Shown piece by piece: positions 60,714 through 64,000 of a stretch of DNA of 64,000 nt. Origin of the DNA: Geopsychrobacteraceae bacterium (lineage in GTDB: Bacteria; Desulfobacterota; Desulfuromonadia; Desulfuromonadales; Geopsychrobacteraceae); assembly GCA_963676795.2 (NCBI GenBank), contig CAXXTB010000001.1, forward strand, positions 1,280,001-1,344,000, read 5' to 3'. Each line of letters starts with the position of its first letter. Position 1 is the first letter of the stretch. A model generated the notes under the pieces. That model searched no databases. It saw only the letters and a list, made by a program, of their open reading frames with translations, and had not been told where the DNA came from. A program made the position numbers and the translations under genes.

Positions 60714-60960
60714 TGTGCGCGTCTCCTTGTTCTGGCAGATCGATCAGTCCGAAGATAACGGTTTTTCGACACTGAATGCAAGGGCAGCCGATAGCGTTCA
60801 GTCTCTACGCCATGGTTGGCGGACCTGATTTGTGTGCTTTTTGTGTGAGAGATCCCCGGAAGTCCCATCGGTTTGATCCGCATTGGCCGGAATGACAAAT
60901 TGACTGTGCCGGTTGCGTTGCTCTAGGATGGAATTATTGTCTGCATAGCTGGAGAAGGGG

Positions 60961-62124
60961 ATGTTTTTTCCGATCAGCGACACGCCGAACCCCGCCGCAC
61001 GTCCCTATGTGACCTGGGCCTTGATCCTTGTCAACGTTGCTGTCTTTCTTGTGATCAGCCTGCCTGCCACCCGGCAGCATGTCAATCTGCAGGATCCGGA
61101 GCTGCTGGCCTATCTGCGTTCTCTCGGTGTGCAGGGCAGTGTCAATGTCAGGGAGATCCTGACTCATGTCAGTGCCTACGATCTGCTGGTTTACAAGTAC
61201 GGTTTCAAGCCAGGCCGTTTCTCCTGGGCCGATATCTTGACCTCGCTGTTCCTCCACGGTGGCTTGCTCCACCTTGCAGGAAACATGCTGTTTCTCTACA
61301 TTTTTGGGGACAATGTCGAGAATCGGCTGGGACGCTGGCGGTTCCTGCTAGTTTATCTGCTCTGCGGGGTGTGCGCCTGCCTGTTCTTTGCGTTTTTTGC
61401 TGCGACTCCTGAGGTCCCTCTGATCGGCGCGTCTGGGGCGATCTTTGGTGTTCTCGGCTGCTACTTCCTCTGGTTCCCGCGCAACCGGGTTCGCTGTTTC
61501 CTGCTGTTTTTCCTGATTTATCTACCAGCTCGTCTGGTTCTTGCGTTCTATCTGGTTATCGATAACATTCTGCCATTTCTCCTGTCTGCCGGTGCCGCGG
61601 ATGGTGTCGCGCACGGAGCGCATATCGGTGGCTTTTTTGCCGGTTTAGCAATCGCCGCAGGGGCGGATCAGTGCTACCGGTTTCGCTTTGGAGGTCGTCA
61701 GGCCCGCAGTGAAGCGGCAGCCATGTCATCTGTGCTGGAGCCATTCTGTCCGGGGTGCAGTGCAGGGGATCTTTCTGACCTGGCGAAATGCTATCTGACG
61801 ATCGACAAAAATCAGCGCATGGCAGTCGCTGCGGAGGATGTTCTGACAATCGGCAATCATCTTCTCGATGCTGGGCGTCCTCTGGATGCCTTGAGGGTCT
61901 TCAGGCGATTTATCAGCGAACGGCAGAACGATCCCGGACTTGATCGTGCCTATCTGGGGGCGGGAAAATCTATGCTCTATAATCCCCGGTTGCTGACCAG
62001 TGCCTATCATTACTTTTTGTCCGCGCTGGATCTGGCACAGAGTGCCCCTGTGGCCGCAGAAGCGCGTGACTATCTACGGCGGATCGAGGCCCATCAGGCA
62101 GTGGTTGCCAAAAGAGGCGGTTGA
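60961..62124 (+). CDS. Rhomboid-family intramembrane serine protease with C-terminal soluble helical extension
   Basis: FLHGGLLHLAGNM, GDNVE, GASG (catalytic Ser), AHIGG (catalytic His). Confidence 0.9.
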   Translation: MFFPISDTPNPAARPYVTWALILVNVAVFLVISLPATRQHVNLQDPELLAYLRSLGVQGSVNVREILTHVSAYDLLVYKYGFKPGRFSWADILTSLFLHGGLLHLAGNMLFLYIFGDNVENRLGRWRFLLVYLLCGVCACLFFAFFAATPEVPLIGASGAIFGVLGCYFLWFPRNRVRCFLLFFLIYLPARLVLAFYLVIDNILPFLLSAGAADGVAHGAHIGGFFAGLAIAAGADQCYRFRFGGRQARSEAAAMSSVLEPFCPGCSAGDLSDLAKCYLTIDKNQRMAVAAEDVLTIGNHLLDAGRPLDALRVFRRFISERQNDPGLDRAYLGAGKSMLYNPRLLTSAYHYFLSALDLAQSAPVAAEARDYLRRIEAHQAVVAKRGG

Positions 62125-62202
62125 CCTTGACGTGGCATCCGTCCCCGGCTTTGTAGAAGTCGATATCGTGCGGTCGCCGCTTGCCTCAGAAGCTTTGCCG
62201 GT

Positions 62203-62601
62203 TTATTGGCGCTTTGCGATCTGTTCAAGCCATTGCTTCAGGTAGCCGAAGGTGACCGGTTTCTGGAGCACGGTTGCTCCGGTGCTGAGGGCACGTTCCC
62301 GGCAGAAGCTGGTTGTGTCCCCGGACATGAGGATAACGTTGTCAGGATAACTCTGACTGGTGTTTTTGCACAGACCTTCGAGCAAATCGAGGCCGAAGAG
62401 GTGAGGCAGGTGGTGATCCAGAATCATAGCGTCAATGGCCGGGATTTGAAGGCTGTAATAGCCGTCCTCGCAGGACACACACTGCTCGGGAGATTCAAAA
62501 ACAAAGACCTTGTGCCCCAGATCTTCGAGAAACCACTGAAACGATTCCCTGATCGAATCCTCATCCTCGATGATGAGAATTCTCATCGCGCTTTTGTTCA
62601 T
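62203..62601 (-). CDS. Single-domain response regulator
   Basis: ILIIEDE, ILDHHLP..G, LMSG, LQKP; overlaps the kinase stop (ATGA). Confidence 0.85.
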   Translation of the reverse strand: MNKSAMRILIIEDEDSIRESFQWFLEDLGHKVFVFESPEQCVSCEDGYYSLQIPAIDAMILDHHLPHLFGLDLLEGLCKNTSQSYPDNVILMSGDTTSFCRERALSTGATVLQKPVTFGYLKQWLEQIAKRQ

Positions 62602-63998
62602 GTCGCTTCTCTCCGGCTGTTGATTGGCAGTAGAATGTTGATCGCCGTATATTGATTTTTGACAGAATCGATCTCTAGTGTGCCTTTGTGTTTGCGGACA
62701 ATATCGTTGACGATTGAGAGTCCCAGACCGGTCCCCTTACCCATCCCCTTGGTCGTGAAAAAGGCTTCCTGGGCTTTGTCAAGAACCTCATCGCTCATGC
62801 CGCTGCCGTTGTCGTAGACCTGCAGGCAGACGCAGCTCTCTCCTGAACGAACCGCTTTCATGATCGTAATGCGGATCTGTTTTTCCTCCTCCTTGTGTTC
62901 CTTTTCGAGAAGTGCGTCCGCGGCATTGTCAAGCAGGTTGATGACCACCTGCTGAATGCTCTGCGGTTGCAACTCGAGCTCGGGCAGATCCTCCTGGCGT
63001 TCGAAACTCAGTTTGATTCCCCGTTGGTGAATCTTTCTGCGCATCAGGACGAGCGCTCCTTCAATCGTTTCGCCAAGATCGCAGCGTTTGAAATCGATTC
63101 GGTTGTCCCTGGAGTAGTGAAGCAGCTCATTGGTAATCTGGCCGATGCGGATGCTTTCATTGGCAATTCTTTCGGCCAGAAGCGTCGTTCGTTTGATATT
63201 CTCTGGTTTCTCCTGAATCAGGCTGGCGTAGTTCAGGATGCCCTGGATCGGATTGTTGATTTCATGGGCGACGCCAGCTGCGACGGTCCCGAGTGCCGCA
63301 AGCTGGGCGGATCGGCGATAGTCATCAAGAAGCTTCTTCTGGTAGGTGATGTCCTGGGCAACGCCAATGATTTTTTGTGGGACCATATCTCTGTCGTATG
63401 ACAGGTCGGTTTTGATTCTGAGCCATTTCACCCGGTTGTCTATCAGCAGTCTGTGCTCGAGCTCCAGCGGCTGTTCAAAAATCGGAAGCGAGCTGATGTA
63501 TTCCCGGTCATCCGGATGAACCCGGTTCAGGAAATTCTCGTAGGCTACAGGGTTTTGAGTAGGGAGTTCGTAGATCTTGAACGCCTGCTCGGACCAGATT
63601 GTTTCCCTGGTATTGATGTCGGTTTCCCAAGAACCGAGGATGGCTAGCTCCTGGGCTTTTTCGAGAAGCTGTTGTTTGTTGAGAAGCTGTTCTTCCGCCT
63701 TCTTGCGCTGTGAAATGTCTTCAATGAAAACAATGGTTCTCCCTATACCTCCCTCCGGAAAATACTTCAGACTGACCTGGACATCAAACAGGCCGCCGTC
63801 TTTTCTGCGGTGTTTTGACTGGAAGGTCTCAATCGCCAGGTGCCGGAGTCGGTCCATGTGTATTTTGATCTGTTCGACGCTTTCAACGGCTTCAAGGTCG
63901 GCTACGTTCATCTGCAGCAGTTCCTGTCTGGAATAGCCGCTCATCCTGCAGTAGGTCTCGTTCACTTCGATCAGATTGTTCTGGTCATCGGTTGTGTA
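62598..63998 (-). CDS. Multi-PAS sensor histidine kinase; 5' end outside window
   Basis: Two PAS repeats, AHEINNP, NLLDNA, DNGSG, FFTTK..GTGLGL; frame open to the window edge. Confidence 0.9.
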   Translation of the reverse strand, partial: YTTDDQNNLIEVNETYCRMSGYSRQELLQMNVADLEAVESVEQIKIHMDRLRHLAIETFQSKHRRKDGGLFDVQVSLKYFPEGGIGRTIVFIEDISQRKKAEEQLLNKQQLLEKAQELAILGSWETDINTRETIWSEQAFKIYELPTQNPVAYENFLNRVHPDDREYISSLPIFEQPLELEHRLLIDNRVKWLRIKTDLSYDRDMVPQKIIGVAQDITYQKKLLDDYRRSAQLAALGTVAAGVAHEINNPIQGILNYASLIQEKPENIKRTTLLAERIANESIRIGQITNELLHYSRDNRIDFKRCDLGETIEGALVLMRRKIHQRGIKLSFERQEDLPELELQPQSIQQVVINLLDNAADALLEKEHKEEEKQIRITIMKAVRSGESCVCLQVYDNGSGMSDEVLDKAQEAFFTTKGMGKGTGLGLSIVNDIVRKHKGTLEIDSVKNQYTAINILLPINSRREAT

Positions 63999-64000
63999 GA

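Overview
Bacterial chromosomal window. Gene order and protein style suggest a Desulfuromonadales/Geobacter-like deltaproteobacterium (inference). About 41 kb (13.7-54.7 kb) is core machinery: a tRNA-Thr/Tyr/Gly/Thr-tuf cluster, rpmG-tRNA-Trp-secE-nusG-rplKAJL-rpoBC, the str/S10/spc/alpha ribosomal-protein clusters with a second tuf, then mgtE-recO-glyQS-ppdK. The left flank carries rlmD, ispG, proS, pyrF and rlmB. The right flank carries two-component/c-di-GMP genes, a DUF2520 oxidoreductase, an FAH-family protein and a rhomboid protease. The most unusual locus is at 1.07-4.87 kb. A near-consensus sigma70 promoter and a cobalamin riboswitch drive a three-gene operon: a TrpD-like phosphoribosyltransferase with altered anthranilate-binding residues, a 66-aa unknown protein, and a Zn-dependent dehydrogenase fused to CobT. 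The riboswitch expression platform looks like a translational ON switch. The operon is a candidate undescribed cobamide lower-ligand/nucleotide-loop module. Other notable items are a full-length bacterial homologue of the animal tRNA-queuosine mannosyltransferase GTDC1/QTMAN, a 160-bp MITE-like element in the proS leader, and a divergent pair of structured intergenic repeats at 0.7-0.9 kb. All calls were made by eye from motifs; no database searches were run.
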